From contig JAPLWV010000051.1 in the NCBI GenBank assembly GCA_026396385.1, forward strand, positions 26,143-90,142: 64,000 nt of DNA, in the 5' to 3' direction. A model generated the notes under the pieces. It saw only the letters and a list, made by a program, of their open reading frames with translations, was not told the DNA's origin and did not search any database. The number at the start of each line of letters is the position of its first letter. Within the stretch, counting starts at the first letter, position 1. Shown here in pieces: positions 17,405 to 26,667 of the stretch. Origin of the DNA: Candidatus Micrarchaeota archaeon. Its GTDB lineage: Archaea; Micrarchaeota; Micrarchaeia; Burarchaeales; Fermentimicrarchaeaceae. The position numbers and the translations under genes are program-made.

Positions 17405-18448
17405 CTATTTCATGCTGAACCTGAGGATTCCTGCTATGCCCGACATGCCCGTCAGTTGCTTTCCAGCTTCACTTTCCGAGCTGAAGATGAATATCTCTGC
17501 TTTCATCTTCTCAGAATCTTCCAGCAGCTTCTCAACCTCCCTCTCCTTCCTCAGGAGCTCGTCAACCACCAGAAGCTTCGCAAGGGCTCTGCATTCAACT
17601 GCATTTCTGACTTCCCCAACTCCATAAACCGCAAGCCCGCTCTCCTTTGATAGCTCTCTGAGGAAACTCTCCAGAACAGAGAATTCCTCCTCCATTTTTT
17701 GCTCCTTGACAATTTTTGAGAGCGCACCCTTCTTAAGCAACTCGTATACTCCGCTCTCCTCGGCTGTGCTGCTGGACTCGAAATGAAGCTTCTTCAGAAG
17801 CTCCTCATCCCTCTCAGCTATGAACTTCTTGAGATTGTCCTTTGCAAAACCCGGTCCAGCAACAACAATTTTACTAACCTTCATGCTAGTGAGGTGTTTA
17901 GCTATATCGCCGAAGAACTGCTTCCCCTTCTCCTCGAATTTCTCATCGCCTTTTGATGCATGACTGCTGAGCTGGGGGCCGAACTCGACCCCATACTCCC
18001 TGACAAGCGCAAAGAGGGCTTTCCCTTCGTCTAAAACAAGAATCCCAAGCTGGGGTTTCTTTGAGCTGTTCTTAGCCTTCTCAATTCTCTGCAGCTGGTA
18101 GCTCTTCCACTCCTTCCTTATCTCAACCGGTCTTTGAAGCTCAACCTCTATGGTGTGGTGCTTTCCAATCTGTATGTAATCCTCAGGCTCCCCCCCAGTT
18201 ATTTTTCCAGTAACCCTCAGAGCATTGGAGAACTTGCTGAATTCTACCTTCTCTGCCTCCAACTGTATCCTTACCTTCTTCCTCTCACCTTCCTCGCCTT
18301 CCTCCTCGGATACCTTGAAAACCCGTGTGGAAGAGGATGAAACAACATCTCCGGGCTCCAGCACCCTCTCCAAATGCCATAGGTCCTCCAGAACCTCCGG
18401 TACGAGTTTCATCCTTCCTTCCTTTCTGTCGAAGCTCAGAACTTTCAT
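17405..18448 (-). CDS. pelA: Pelota (archaeal Dom34 homologue), no-go / non-stop ribosome rescue factor
   Basis: N-terminal MK..VPEVLEDLWHLERVLEPGD block characteristic of Pelota. Three-domain length (347 aa) with an eRF1-like central and C-terminal region. Confidence 0.8.
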   Translation of the reverse strand: MKVLSFDRKEGRMKLVPEVLEDLWHLERVLEPGDVVSSSSTRVFKVSEEEGEEGERKKVRIQLEAEKVEFSKFSNALRVTGKITGGEPEDYIQIGKHHTIEVELQRPVEIRKEWKSYQLQRIEKAKNSSKKPQLGILVLDEGKALFALVREYGVEFGPQLSSHASKGDEKFEEKGKQFFGDIAKHLTSMKVSKIVVAGPGFAKDNLKKFIAERDEELLKKLHFESSSTAEESGVYELLKKGALSKIVKEQKMEEEFSVLESFLRELSKESGLAVYGVGEVRNAVECRALAKLLVVDELLRKEREVEKLLEDSEKMKAEIFIFSSESEAGKQLTGMSGIAGILRFSMK

Positions 18449-18534
18449 GAGAGAATTAGGGTAGATGATTATTAAATTTAGTACATGCTTAGCTGATAAT
18501 CCTGAGCTGATTGTTTTTCAACTCCGTGTATAAA

Positions 18535-18789
18535 TTATTGGTAAACCTTCTTTCTGTGCCCCAGGTCAATCACATACAGCTTCTTTCCTGCATCATCCAA
18601 ATCTATGAAAACCCGGTAGTCGCCAACCCTCAGCTTCCATATCTTTACAGAAACTAGCCTGTCGAGGAAGAGGTGAGGCGAATCCCTTATCTCCTCAACT
18701 TTCTTTATAATTCTTGAAACTGCAACCTTGTCAAGGGAGGAGAGGGATTTCTCTGCCCTCTTTGTCCAGACAACCTCGTAGGGCATCAC
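18535..18789 (-). CDS. type II toxin, RelE/ParE family
   Basis: 84-aa basic protein ending KLRVGDYRVFIDLDDAGKKLYVIDLGHRKKVYQ (RelE fold signature). Overlaps the upstream antitoxin ORF by 4 bp (ATGA). Confidence 0.75.
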   Translation of the reverse strand: MMPYEVVWTKRAEKSLSSLDKVAVSRIIKKVEEIRDSPHLFLDRLVSVKIWKLRVGDYRVFIDLDDAGKKLYVIDLGHRKKVYQ

Positions 18790-19028
18790 TCAACACCCAG
18801 TTTCCTCAGCAACTCCTTTGTGGAGAGCACCCTGCCCTCTCTAATGTCTTTCCTGCCCTCCTCTATTCCTTTTACTGCCTCCTCGCTCAGCTGCTCCTTC
18901 TCAGCCATTTCGAACACCTTCATAAGCTTGTTCAGTATCTCATCATATGTTTCGCGCGTGTACTCCTTGAGGGAGAGAAGCTTCTCCCGCGTTTCCTTCT
19001 GAATCTGGATTGTCGTAAGCTCAGCCAT
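18786..19028 (-). CDS. antitoxin of RelE/ParE pair
   Basis: 80-aa acidic helical protein immediately upstream of, and translationally coupled to, the RelE-like toxin. Confidence 0.6.
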   Translation of the reverse strand: MAELTTIQIQKETREKLLSLKEYTRETYDEILNKLMKVFEMAEKEQLSEEAVKGIEEGRKDIREGRVLSTKELLRKLGVE

Positions 19029-19182
19029 AAAACCACCAGCAGTTATATACTACCATATAAGTTATTATACCGCAGCTATATAAACCTTCCTCCTGCTACC
19101 GAGCTATAAAATTCGGCATGCAAACGTTTTTATACTATAAGTATCATGAATACCGTTATAAAAAGCATAAAAAGGTGAACGT
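19029..19182. promoter_or_regulatory. divergent promoter region of the two toxin-antitoxin operons
   Basis: 154-bp AT-rich spacer. TATA-like tttatatag (minus-strand sense, about 19075-19084) and cgtttttatac (about 19124-19134) sit about 45-55 bp from the respective start codons. GGTGA Shine-Dalgarno 5 nt before ATG 19183. Confidence 0.4.
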
Positions 19183-19443
19183 ATGAATGTGAATGTGCAG
19201 TTCAAAGGGCTTATGGAGGAGATTCTGGAGGAAGCAGAGCGGAGAGGGATAGCAAAGACAAAAACAGAGGCTCTGAGGCTTGGAGTGCTGGAATTGAACA
19301 ACAGATACCACCTACTGGAGCACAGAGCAGAGGAGATTGAAGACCTGCAGGATACAAAAGAGCTCGAAGAGATGAGAAGTGCTGTCAAAAAAGGAAAAGC
19401 AAAGCTTATCAGCGAAAAAAAGATGCTGGCAATGCTGAAGTGA
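19183..19443 (+). CDS. antitoxin of second RelE/ParE pair
   Basis: 86-aa charged helical protein. Stop lies 4 nt before the toxin start. Confidence 0.6.
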   Translation: MNVNVQFKGLMEEILEEAERRGIAKTKTEALRLGVLELNNRYHLLEHRAEEIEDLQDTKELEEMRSAVKKGKAKLISEKKMLAMLK

Positions 19444-19447
19444 TCCG

Positions 19448-19699
19448 ATGCCCTATGAGCTTTTTTTCGATGCAGACTTCAGCAAAGATGTTGACAGACT
19501 GGACAAGAGCGTAAGAGAGCAGCTCAGAAAAATAATACTTAAAATAAAGCAAAACCTCTATGTTGGCAAAAGGCTTAAGGGCTACTCCAACTTCTTCAGG
19601 GTGAGATTTGGAATTTTTAGAATTATCTATTTTGTCGAAGGCGATAAAATTTACTTCAAAAGAGTTAGAAAAAGAGATGAGGTTTACAGGAATGTGTGA
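19448..19699 (+). CDS. type II toxin, RelE/ParE family (paralogue of 18535-18789)
   Basis: 83 aa. Starts MPYE like the other toxin, with a shared ...FRVRFGIFRIIYFVEGDKIYFKRVRKRDEVY C-terminal pattern. Confidence 0.7.
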   Translation: MPYELFFDADFSKDVDRLDKSVREQLRKIILKIKQNLYVGKRLKGYSNFFRVRFGIFRIIYFVEGDKIYFKRVRKRDEVYRNV

Positions 19700-19790
19700 G
19701 AGGGGAAAGCAGGCTTGATATATCCCACGAAACCGTAAAAATTGGTAAAAGTAAAGGGTAACGTATAAAATTTAGTAGTCAAAATTCTAG

Positions 19791-21563
19791 TTGGTTCATA
19801 TGGGGGTTAGAATTGCAATAGTGGACAGGGATAAGTGCACAAAGAAGAAGTGCGGCTACCTGTGCCAGAAAGCATGCCCAGGGGTAAGGATGGGCGACGA
19901 AACGGTTACGGTAGACGCTGAAGGATTTCCGGTAATTTCTGAAACACTATGCTCCGGCTGCGGCATATGCGTGAGGAAATGCCCCGTGAATGCCATAAAG
20001 ATAATAAACCTGCCCCACGAGGCGGGAAAACTCATCTTCCAGTATGGGGTGAATGCCTTCAGGCTTTACAACCTTCCCCTGCCCAAAAAGGGCGCTACAG
20101 TCGGTCTGATTGGGGCAAACGGGATAGGGAAGAGCACTGCGCTTGAGATATTGAGCGGAAGGCTGAAGCCCAACCTAGGCAACTACGGAAAGAAGGCAGA
20201 GTGGGATGAGATAATTGAAAAGTTCAAGGGCCAGGAGCTGCAGAACTACTTCGAGTCGCTTAAGAAAAAGGGTGTGAGGATAAGCTACAAGCCCCAGATG
20301 ATAGACAGACTTCCAGAAGTATTCAAGGAAACTGTTCGCAAGTTCATAAAGAGGAATGACAAACGGGGAAAATTCGAGGAAGCAATTGACGCATTTGAGC
20401 TTAGGGAGTGCCTTGACAGGAAGATTGAGAATCTTAGCGGGGGGGAGCTGCAGAGAATGGCCATATGCGCGGCCTATCTCAAAGATGCGGATGTGTATTA
20501 CATTGATGAGCCCAGTAGCTATCTTGATATAAAACAGAGGCTGAAGGTTTCAAGCAATCTGAGGGAGCTTGCGAAGGAAAAGGCAGTTATAGTTGTCGAG
20601 CATGACCTTGCAGTTCTGGATTATATGAGCGATTACATACACGTATTCTATGGAACCAGCGGAGCATACGGAGTTGTCTCCAAGCCCAAAGGGGTTAGGA
20701 ATGGGATAAATGAGTACCTTGCAGGCTATCTGAAGGAGGAGAATGTCAGATTCAGGAGTACTGAGATAAAATTCACTGCGGGCAGCATTGAGCAGAAGGG
20801 CGGTGAGTTACTTTTCCCGTATGACGAGATGAGCAAACGGTATTCTGGCTTCTCGCTGAAATGTACTTCTGGAGAAGTGAAGAAGGATGAAGTGATAGGC
20901 GTGATAGGCCCGAATGCAATTGGCAAGTCGACTTTTGTGAAACTGCTTGCAGGAGTGGAGAAGCCCGACAAAGGAGAGGTTGAGCAGAAGTTAAGAATTG
21001 CGTACAAGCCGCAGTATATAAAATCGGATTTCAAAGGGACTGTTGATGAGATGATAGCTGCCACAGACAACCTGAACAGGGATGTTTTTGAGAGGGAGGT
21101 CAAAGAGAAGCTCAGCATATCTGAGTTGATGGAGAAGAAGGTGAGGAACCTCAGCGGAGGGGAATTGCAGAGGGTTGCAATTTCATTGTGCATATGCCAG
21201 GAGGCTGACCTCTACCTGCTTGACGAACCATCCGCATTCCTGGATGTGGAGCAGAGGCTTATTTTTGCGGATGTACTTGGCAGGGTGATGGAGGGAAGCG
21301 GGAAGAGCGCATTTGTCGTTGACCATGATATAGTACTTATTGATTCAATTTCTGACAGGCTGATTGTCTTCCGGGGAAGGAGCGGGGTGGAGGGATTTGC
21401 GAATGCACCAGAGGGTAAGAGGGAGGGCATGAACAGGTTCCTGAAGGATGTTGATGTGACTCTGAGAAGGGATAAGGACTCCCTGAGACCGAGGGTGAAT
21501 AAGCCTGGTTCTGTGCTGGACAGGGAGCAGAAGCAGGCTGGTGAGTATTACTACCACAAGTAA
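19791..21563 (+). CDS. abcE1: ABCE1 (RNase L inhibitor / Rli1 homologue), ribosome recycling ATPase
   Basis: N-terminal twin 4Fe-4S Cys clusters (CGYLCQKACPG; CSGCGICVRKCP). Two NBDs with Walker A GANGIGKST / GPNAIGKST and signature LSGGELQR twice. The probable true start is the second ATG at 19800 (MGVRIAIVD). Confidence 0.9.
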   Translation: MVHMGVRIAIVDRDKCTKKKCGYLCQKACPGVRMGDETVTVDAEGFPVISETLCSGCGICVRKCPVNAIKIINLPHEAGKLIFQYGVNAFRLYNLPLPKKGATVGLIGANGIGKSTALEILSGRLKPNLGNYGKKAEWDEIIEKFKGQELQNYFESLKKKGVRISYKPQMIDRLPEVFKETVRKFIKRNDKRGKFEEAIDAFELRECLDRKIENLSGGELQRMAICAAYLKDADVYYIDEPSSYLDIKQRLKVSSNLRELAKEKAVIVVEHDLAVLDYMSDYIHVFYGTSGAYGVVSKPKGVRNGINEYLAGYLKEENVRFRSTEIKFTAGSIEQKGGELLFPYDEMSKRYSGFSLKCTSGEVKKDEVIGVIGPNAIGKSTFVKLLAGVEKPDKGEVEQKLRIAYKPQYIKSDFKGTVDEMIAATDNLNRDVFEREVKEKLSISELMEKKVRNLSGGELQRVAISLCICQEADLYLLDEPSAFLDVEQRLIFADVLGRVMEGSGKSAFVVDHDIVLIDSISDRLIVFRGRSGVEGFANAPEGKREGMNRFLKDVDVTLRRDKDSLRPRVNKPGSVLDREQKQAGEYYYHK

Positions 21564-21574
21564 TTCTTGGGCTA

Positions 21575-22111
21575 TTGTTAGTTTGTTTGTTTATTCTTGG
21601 ATGTTTTGGGGCATCCAATACTCCTCAAGGTAATACCCCCCCCCAAGATGCTAAATCAAAACAATATGAACAATTGAATAAAGATTTGCAAACGTATAAT
21701 ACGATCCTTCAGGGTGATAGCGACAAACTCGGAACTTTAAATATGGAAGGAAATGCAATAATTTCAAGGTATAATAATGCAACGACTAAACAAGATCGTT
21801 ATACTGCTTTTAGTGATTATCTGACGTGGGCGCAAAAGTATGCGAATCACGTTGAACTGATGGATAAACATCTCGCCGATTATGAAGACTATCTATCCGA
21901 TAATAAAGCACTATTAGATGAAGGAAAAGTGAATACTATACAACTGGAAAGTTCTATTGGCGATAGTAGGATTGCACTTAAACAAAGTGCTCAACAAGTA
22001 AAAACCAATATTGAAAGTATGAAGGCAACGATAGAAATGGAGCAAAAAATAGAACAGCAAAAACAAGACTTAATTATGAACATTCTAAGGATATTGATCG
22101 GCTTAAGTTAA
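21575..22111 (+). CDS. hypothetical secreted/lipobox protein
   Basis: Hydrophobic N-terminus LVCLFILGC followed by a polar coiled region. AT-rich codon usage unlike its neighbours. Start is TTG (no ATG available). Confidence 0.45.
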   Translation: MLVCLFILGCFGASNTPQGNTPPQDAKSKQYEQLNKDLQTYNTILQGDSDKLGTLNMEGNAIISRYNNATTKQDRYTAFSDYLTWAQKYANHVELMDKHLADYEDYLSDNKALLDEGKVNTIQLESSIGDSRIALKQSAQQVKTNIESMKATIEMEQKIEQQKQDLIMNILRILIGLS

Positions 22112-22140
22112 GAAGCCAAAGCAATCTTAAAAAATATTCC

Positions 22141-22159
22141 AATTTTACGTCGTAAAATT
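22141..22159. repeat. 19-bp perfect palindrome aattttacg-t-cgtaaaatt between two convergent genes
   Basis: Read directly; located in the 100-bp gap between the stops of 21575-22111 (+) and 22212-26240 (-). Confidence 0.6.
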
Positions 22160-22211
22160 ACAACTGTCTCGGACGCTGTAGACTCCAAGCAGTTGGTGAG
22201 GTCGCACACTA

Positions 22212-25200
22212 TTAGTATATTTTTATGGTTTTGGAGTTTACTGCTTCGCTGTTGCCTACGTTGTCGGTGCTATTGTATGTTATATAGCTCGTCCCTTTGG
22301 TTGAAACATAGATTTTGATGAGTCCTTTGTATGAGTCGTTTATTTCGGTTGCTGATAACGCCCTGTTGAATATCTTCACTTCGTCTATTGTGCCGTTAAA
22401 CCAACCACTATTCCCCCTTGCACAACCGATATATGGGGTATAGATAAGACTTGCGACACCTCCGAGGGCTAATGAATTTGAAGTTACATAAGCCCCGTTT
22501 TCCCATAAGGAGAAGTTATTGCCATCCCTCACCCCGCATACATGAAGCCATACATTATTTGTGACTGAATTACCACGCAAATCAATCGCATAACCATACA
22601 TATCCCTTACATGAAACCTAGTCACATAATTCCCGCTAGTATTCATTAATTGTATCGAATAGGATTCCCCGATTGATGTCGAATTTGTTTTGGCGAATAT
22701 TACAAAGGTCGTACTACTGTCTTGCGGAAGATTGGTTGGATATACCCAAGCACAAATGCTAAAGTTACCAGAACCGAAATTAAAGAGAGAGGAATTCGTG
22801 ATATTCACAAGGTCATTCTTCCCGTCAAAACTCAACGCAGGTCCGTATTTGCCTCCTGTCCAGGTTGCACCACTGATGGTTCCGGTATTCCCATTCCCGC
22901 TTGAGTCGTTTGCTGTGGTTCCTGTCCCTTCGTTGAGATTCCAGTAAGCCCGTAGATTGGATATGTCAGCAATCTGCTGAGATGTTAGGGCGGTGCCGTA
23001 TATCTTCACATCGTCTATCGTGCCGTAGATCACACTCCCTCCTTGCTGTCTTCCTATGTAGAATTTGGCAATGCTTGGCCGGATTGCTGAAATTGCCTGC
23101 GGGCTACCGCTCTGAACACCATCAATATAGATTATCGCATGCGTCCCATTCCATACTGCAGCAATGTGGTGCCAGTTGGTGTCTATTGTTGCTGTGGAAG
23201 TGGCTGATATTGTTGCGCTATCATCGGATTTTCTCAGTGTGAATGATATGGTGTTACCAGTGTTTTGGTTGATTGCATAACTGCGTTGTCCAGCAGCGGC
23301 ATTCCATCTGCTGAGTATTGTCCTTGCACTTGTCAAACTTGTGTTTGATGTCTTGAACCAGAGAGAGATGGTCATAGCTGTGAAATCCCTTAAAATAGTT
23401 GAATTGCCACAATAGACATTGTTAGTGGATAAACCATTAAAGCGCAATGCATTTCCGTATTTGCCTCCTGTCCAGGTTGCACCACTGATGGTTCCGGTAT
23501 TCCCATTCCCGCTTGAGTCGTTTGCTGTGGTTCCTGTCCCTTCGTTGAGATTCCAATAACCAAGTAACGAATAGTTGTACATATTAGCAATTTCGGTTGC
23601 TGATAACGCCCTGTTGAATATCTTCACATCATCTATCGTGCCATTGAACAAAGTGCCGCTTGCTGTGTTTCTACCTATATAAGTAGTAGTTATCGACGAT
23701 TGCAGATTGCTGAATGCTACTATATTATTTGTTTGGAGGATGCCATTAAGATATGTGTATATGTGCGTTCCATTCCAAACCCCAACGATATGATACCAAC
23801 TATTTGTTGCAGTTATGGCAGAATCTATACAGGAAGTAGCCCATACTGCATCGCTTATATTTCTTGTCATAAAGCAGAATTTGTTTGCTGTGTCCTGAAC
23901 TATCTGATATGAACGTTGTCCAGCAACAGAATTAGCTCGTGCAACTATCGCCTTTGCTGAAGCATAATTCAATTGTGCAGGATTTATCCATACACTAATC
24001 GTCATAGCAGTAAAATTCCGCAAAATAGTTGCATTCCCAACATTCACGTAACTACTTCCATTAAAACTCAATGCATTTCCAATCCTCCCTGATGTCCAAC
24101 TTGCGCCTATGATGGTTCCGGTATTTCCATTCCCGCTTGAGTCGTTTGCTGTGGTTCCTGTCCCTTCGTTGAGATTCCACAGGCCTACTAGACCGCTTTC
24201 TGTGGAAATTGTTGGCGTGCATAAGTTGCTTGTATCTATGCAATAGTGGGTTATTGCACAGCCGCTTGTTGCATCTGTGCAGAGTAAGGTCACGTTGACA
24301 TAGGAAGAGTTAGTCCATGTGTTTTCTGTGTAATTTGAGCCGTCGCTCTCTACTAAGGATGCAGAAGTTGAAGGTGGTGTTTTATCAAAAATTACTGAAC
24401 TCGAGTCAGTTGTGCTGGTCACCCGTACTCCGGAGATATATGAATGACTTATGAAATCAATTGTGAAATTCACTGTCCCTTCGCTATCACCGGGAGCCAT
24501 TGTATAAGTTGCCGTATAAGAATTCCCTCCAGTGCTGGATACCGAAGCTGTATGACCTGCGATTTTAACAACAGGGTTATTGGACAATGCTTTGTCTGCG
24601 GTAGATGAAAGATTTATGCTGTTACCTACTTTCGCCTTGCTTGAGTCAGAGTTGTTTGATTTTATTTTGACAGAGGTTAGCACAGGTGGAACCACGTCAT
24701 CTCCGAAAAAATGAACTCTCATGCTTAGGCCTTTGGCACTGTTTACAAAAACTGAAACCTGTGTATTATTCCCCCAGTTGTCAATTGAGCTCGGAGTTGT
24801 CGTATCGTTGAAATATTGTTTTGCGGCATTACTCGAGTAAGCAGCATCTGTAACATCCAATACGTATTCAGGCACAATTCCCTTTTGTACGCAAGCGTTT
24901 ATTGTATTGTTTGTCCTGCTGCATGGAACATGCCCGTATATGTACCAGTTGTCTATATGCCATATGACAGTTCCCTCACCTGGGATATACGCATCAAATC
25001 CAACTTTTTCTCTATTCTCTACTATATAATACTCTTTATCAACATTCAGAATTGAATTGTTGATGATAAACGCTTGGCTTTTATTCTCAAGATTTTTCAC
25101 GTAATATGAGATGGGGTTACCGGTCAGCTGGGTTGCCTTTAACCATCCCAGGTCTATCTTGCACCAGGCGCTCATATGAGTTGGAACAGTGCCGTCATAG

Positions 25201-26240
25201 CTTGGACCTCCCCATGAACCACCATCCATAAGGTCCCAAGTATCGACTACCCAATCTCCAGAATATGTATTATACAAATCAGGCAGACCTAAATCATGCC
25301 CAAACTCATGCGCAAAAACTCCGGTTTTACCGTACTCGGGGTCCATTGTGTATAGGTATACTCTTTTGCCGTCAACCAGCTGACCTCCGGGAATAACCCA
25401 GCTGTGGGACCATATGCTTGTATCTGGGGGGTAGCCTTCCTCCTGCCCATGACCGCTATGGATTATTATGACGTGATCCGCATAGCCATCACTATCCGTA
25501 TCATAATCTGCAAAATTAACATTTGGATTTGCCAGCAGGATCGCCTCTCTTGTAAGCTCATAAATATAGACTGGCCAATTCGGCCCCGGTTGACCAGTAT
25601 CTATATATCCATACCCATCAGTTGCGTAGTACTCCACTGGGTGACTGCTTGTATACCAGCCAAGCACAGTGCCTGTCAGGTTTAGCTTGCCATAGGATAC
25701 TTCATTGTAATAACTCGTTAGGCTAAGTGGGTTGGATGCATTGAACAGCAAATTCTGAAAATACGCTGTATCATGGGACGGATCATGAGCCTGGTTAGTA
25801 AACTGTATGAGGATAACTACCACTTTATGGGTGCCTGTTGGCGGAGGAGCATATTGAGGCTGATCTTCCATAGACGCCCTTCTAGTTGTTGGAACAGGAA
25901 TGTCACTTTCTATTGAAAGTTTGGAAGAGTCAATGGCTTTGAAAATGCTTTTATGTATACCTATTGATTGAGGTGACACATGACCGACTCTCAAATCAAC
26001 GGACTGGTTCAAGAGTTCATTTTGTGTGACGTATGTCCACCATTCACCAGTTTTTTGGATAGCATAGCCAGTTTCAGTTTCATACCAGTATCCATTCTCA
26101 TCGCCTCTTAGATAGCCCTTGAATGTTGTATTGTCTGGTTGTTGGAATTCATGTAGGATGGGTCTGGCTGGTACTGCGTAGCAGATACCTGATAACAAAA
26201 ATATTGAAATGAGTATAGTCAGCTCAGTTAGTTTTCTCAT
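22212..26240 (-). CDS. secreted M6-family (immune inhibitor A-like) zinc metalloprotease with three C-terminal LamG / concanavalin-A-like lectin repeats
   Basis: Signal peptide MRKLTELTILISIFLLSGICYA. Zinc site VFAHEFGHDLGLPDLY (HExxHxxGxxD of M6/InhA). Three repeats, each about 205 aa, beginning WNLNEGTGTTANDSSGNGNTGTI.GA.WT and ending GTIDDVKI(F/Y). Start taken at the second ATG (26240). Confidence 0.75.
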   Translation of the reverse strand: MRKLTELTILISIFLLSGICYAVPARPILHEFQQPDNTTFKGYLRGDENGYWYETETGYAIQKTGEWWTYVTQNELLNQSVDLRVGHVSPQSIGIHKSIFKAIDSSKLSIESDIPVPTTRRASMEDQPQYAPPPTGTHKVVVILIQFTNQAHDPSHDTAYFQNLLFNASNPLSLTSYYNEVSYGKLNLTGTVLGWYTSSHPVEYYATDGYGYIDTGQPGPNWPVYIYELTREAILLANPNVNFADYDTDSDGYADHVIIIHSGHGQEEGYPPDTSIWSHSWVIPGGQLVDGKRVYLYTMDPEYGKTGVFAHEFGHDLGLPDLYNTYSGDWVVDTWDLMDGGSWGGPSYDGTVPTHMSAWCKIDLGWLKATQLTGNPISYYVKNLENKSQAFIINNSILNVDKEYYIVENREKVGFDAYIPGEGTVIWHIDNWYIYGHVPCSRTNNTINACVQKGIVPEYVLDVTDAAYSSNAAKQYFNDTTTPSSIDNWGNNTQVSVFVNSAKGLSMRVHFFGDDVVPPVLTSVKIKSNNSDSSKAKVGNSINLSSTADKALSNNPVVKIAGHTASVSSTGGNSYTATYTMAPGDSEGTVNFTIDFISHSYISGVRVTSTTDSSSVIFDKTPPSTSASLVESDGSNYTENTWTNSSYVNVTLLCTDATSGCAITHYCIDTSNLCTPTISTESGLVGLWNLNEGTGTTANDSSGNGNTGTIIGASWTSGRIGNALSFNGSSYVNVGNATILRNFTAMTISVWINPAQLNYASAKAIVARANSVAGQRSYQIVQDTANKFCFMTRNISDAVWATSCIDSAITATNSWYHIVGVWNGTHIYTYLNGILQTNNIVAFSNLQSSITTTYIGRNTASGTLFNGTIDDVKIFNRALSATEIANMYNYSLLGYWNLNEGTGTTANDSSGNGNTGTISGATWTGGKYGNALRFNGLSTNNVYCGNSTILRDFTAMTISLWFKTSNTSLTSARTILSRWNAAAGQRSYAINQNTGNTISFTLRKSDDSATISATSTATIDTNWHHIAAVWNGTHAIIYIDGVQSGSPQAISAIRPSIAKFYIGRQQGGSVIYGTIDDVKIYGTALTSQQIADISNLRAYWNLNEGTGTTANDSSGNGNTGTISGATWTGGKYGPALSFDGKNDLVNITNSSLFNFGSGNFSICAWVYPTNLPQDSSTTFVIFAKTNSTSIGESYSIQLMNTSGNYVTRFHVRDMYGYAIDLRGNSVTNNVWLHVCGVRDGNNFSLWENGAYVTSNSLALGGVASLIYTPYIGCARGNSGWFNGTIDEVKIFNRALSATEINDSYKGLIKIYVSTKGTSYITYNSTDNVGNSEAVNSKTIKIY
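22843..22943. repeat. about 101-bp coding-sequence repeat, copy 3 (LamG repeat head)
   Basis: Identical to 23454-23554 over about 101 nt (ccgtatttgcctcctgtccaggttgcaccactgatggttccggtattcccattcccgcttgagtcgtttgctgtggttcctgtcccttcgttgagattcca). Confidence 0.8.
23454..23554. repeat. about 101-bp coding-sequence repeat, copy 2
   Basis: See copy 3; offset 611 bp. Confidence 0.8.
24111..24179. repeat. about 69-bp coding-sequence repeat, copy 1 (1 mismatch)
   Basis: gatggttccggtatttccattcccgcttgagtcgtttgctgtggttcctgtcccttcgttgagattcca; offset 625 bp from copy 2. Confidence 0.75.
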
Positions 26241-26667
26241 ATTGATACACCATCCTTTCTCCTTTACTAATCGAGACATTTGCTTGAATTATATCACCGA
26301 CGGCAATTCCAGATAGATTTACATCTGTATTACTTGGACCCAGTGGCGGCATATCTACGGTAGTAGCTGATGTTCCCCATTGAAATACGAAATTGTTGAT
26401 ATCGCTTTTTTCCAATTTTATCGTGCCATCGCGTTTATCTGAATCATAAGAGATAAGGTCCAGAATCTCAAGCCTTGCGCTTTGCGTTTGAACATTCAAA
26501 ACTCTCGCCCTAATAACTGCCGAATCAGTAAGTGGTTTTGGAGGTATGACTTCTGTTGAATCGTTAGATCCCGTAGTACTATTTGGGTTAATTGTATTTG
26601 GCGAAAGTGACTCTTTAGTAATACAGCCTGAAAAAAATAGGATTGCACAGACTAGTGAAACCAGCAA
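26224..26667 (-). CDS. hypothetical lipobox/secreted protein
   Basis: N-terminal MLVSLVCAILFFSGC hydrophobic segment ending in a lipobox-like SGC. Ser/Thr/Asn-rich linker. Confidence 0.5.
   Translation of the reverse strand: MLVSLVCAILFFSGCITKESLSPNTINPNSTTGSNDSTEVIPPKPLTDSAVIRARVLNVQTQSARLEILDLISYDSDKRDGTIKLEKSDINNFVFQWGTSATTVDMPPLGPSNTDVNLSGIAVGDIIQANVSISKGERMVYQYEKTN

Noticed and set aside
22800-24200. Possible CRISPR-like array suggested by regularly spaced near-identical about 100-bp repeats (period about 610-625 bp)
   Set aside because: The repeats are in frame inside the M6 protease gene and encode the conserved head of each LamG repeat. The spacing is far larger than CRISPR spacers, and no cas genes are present.
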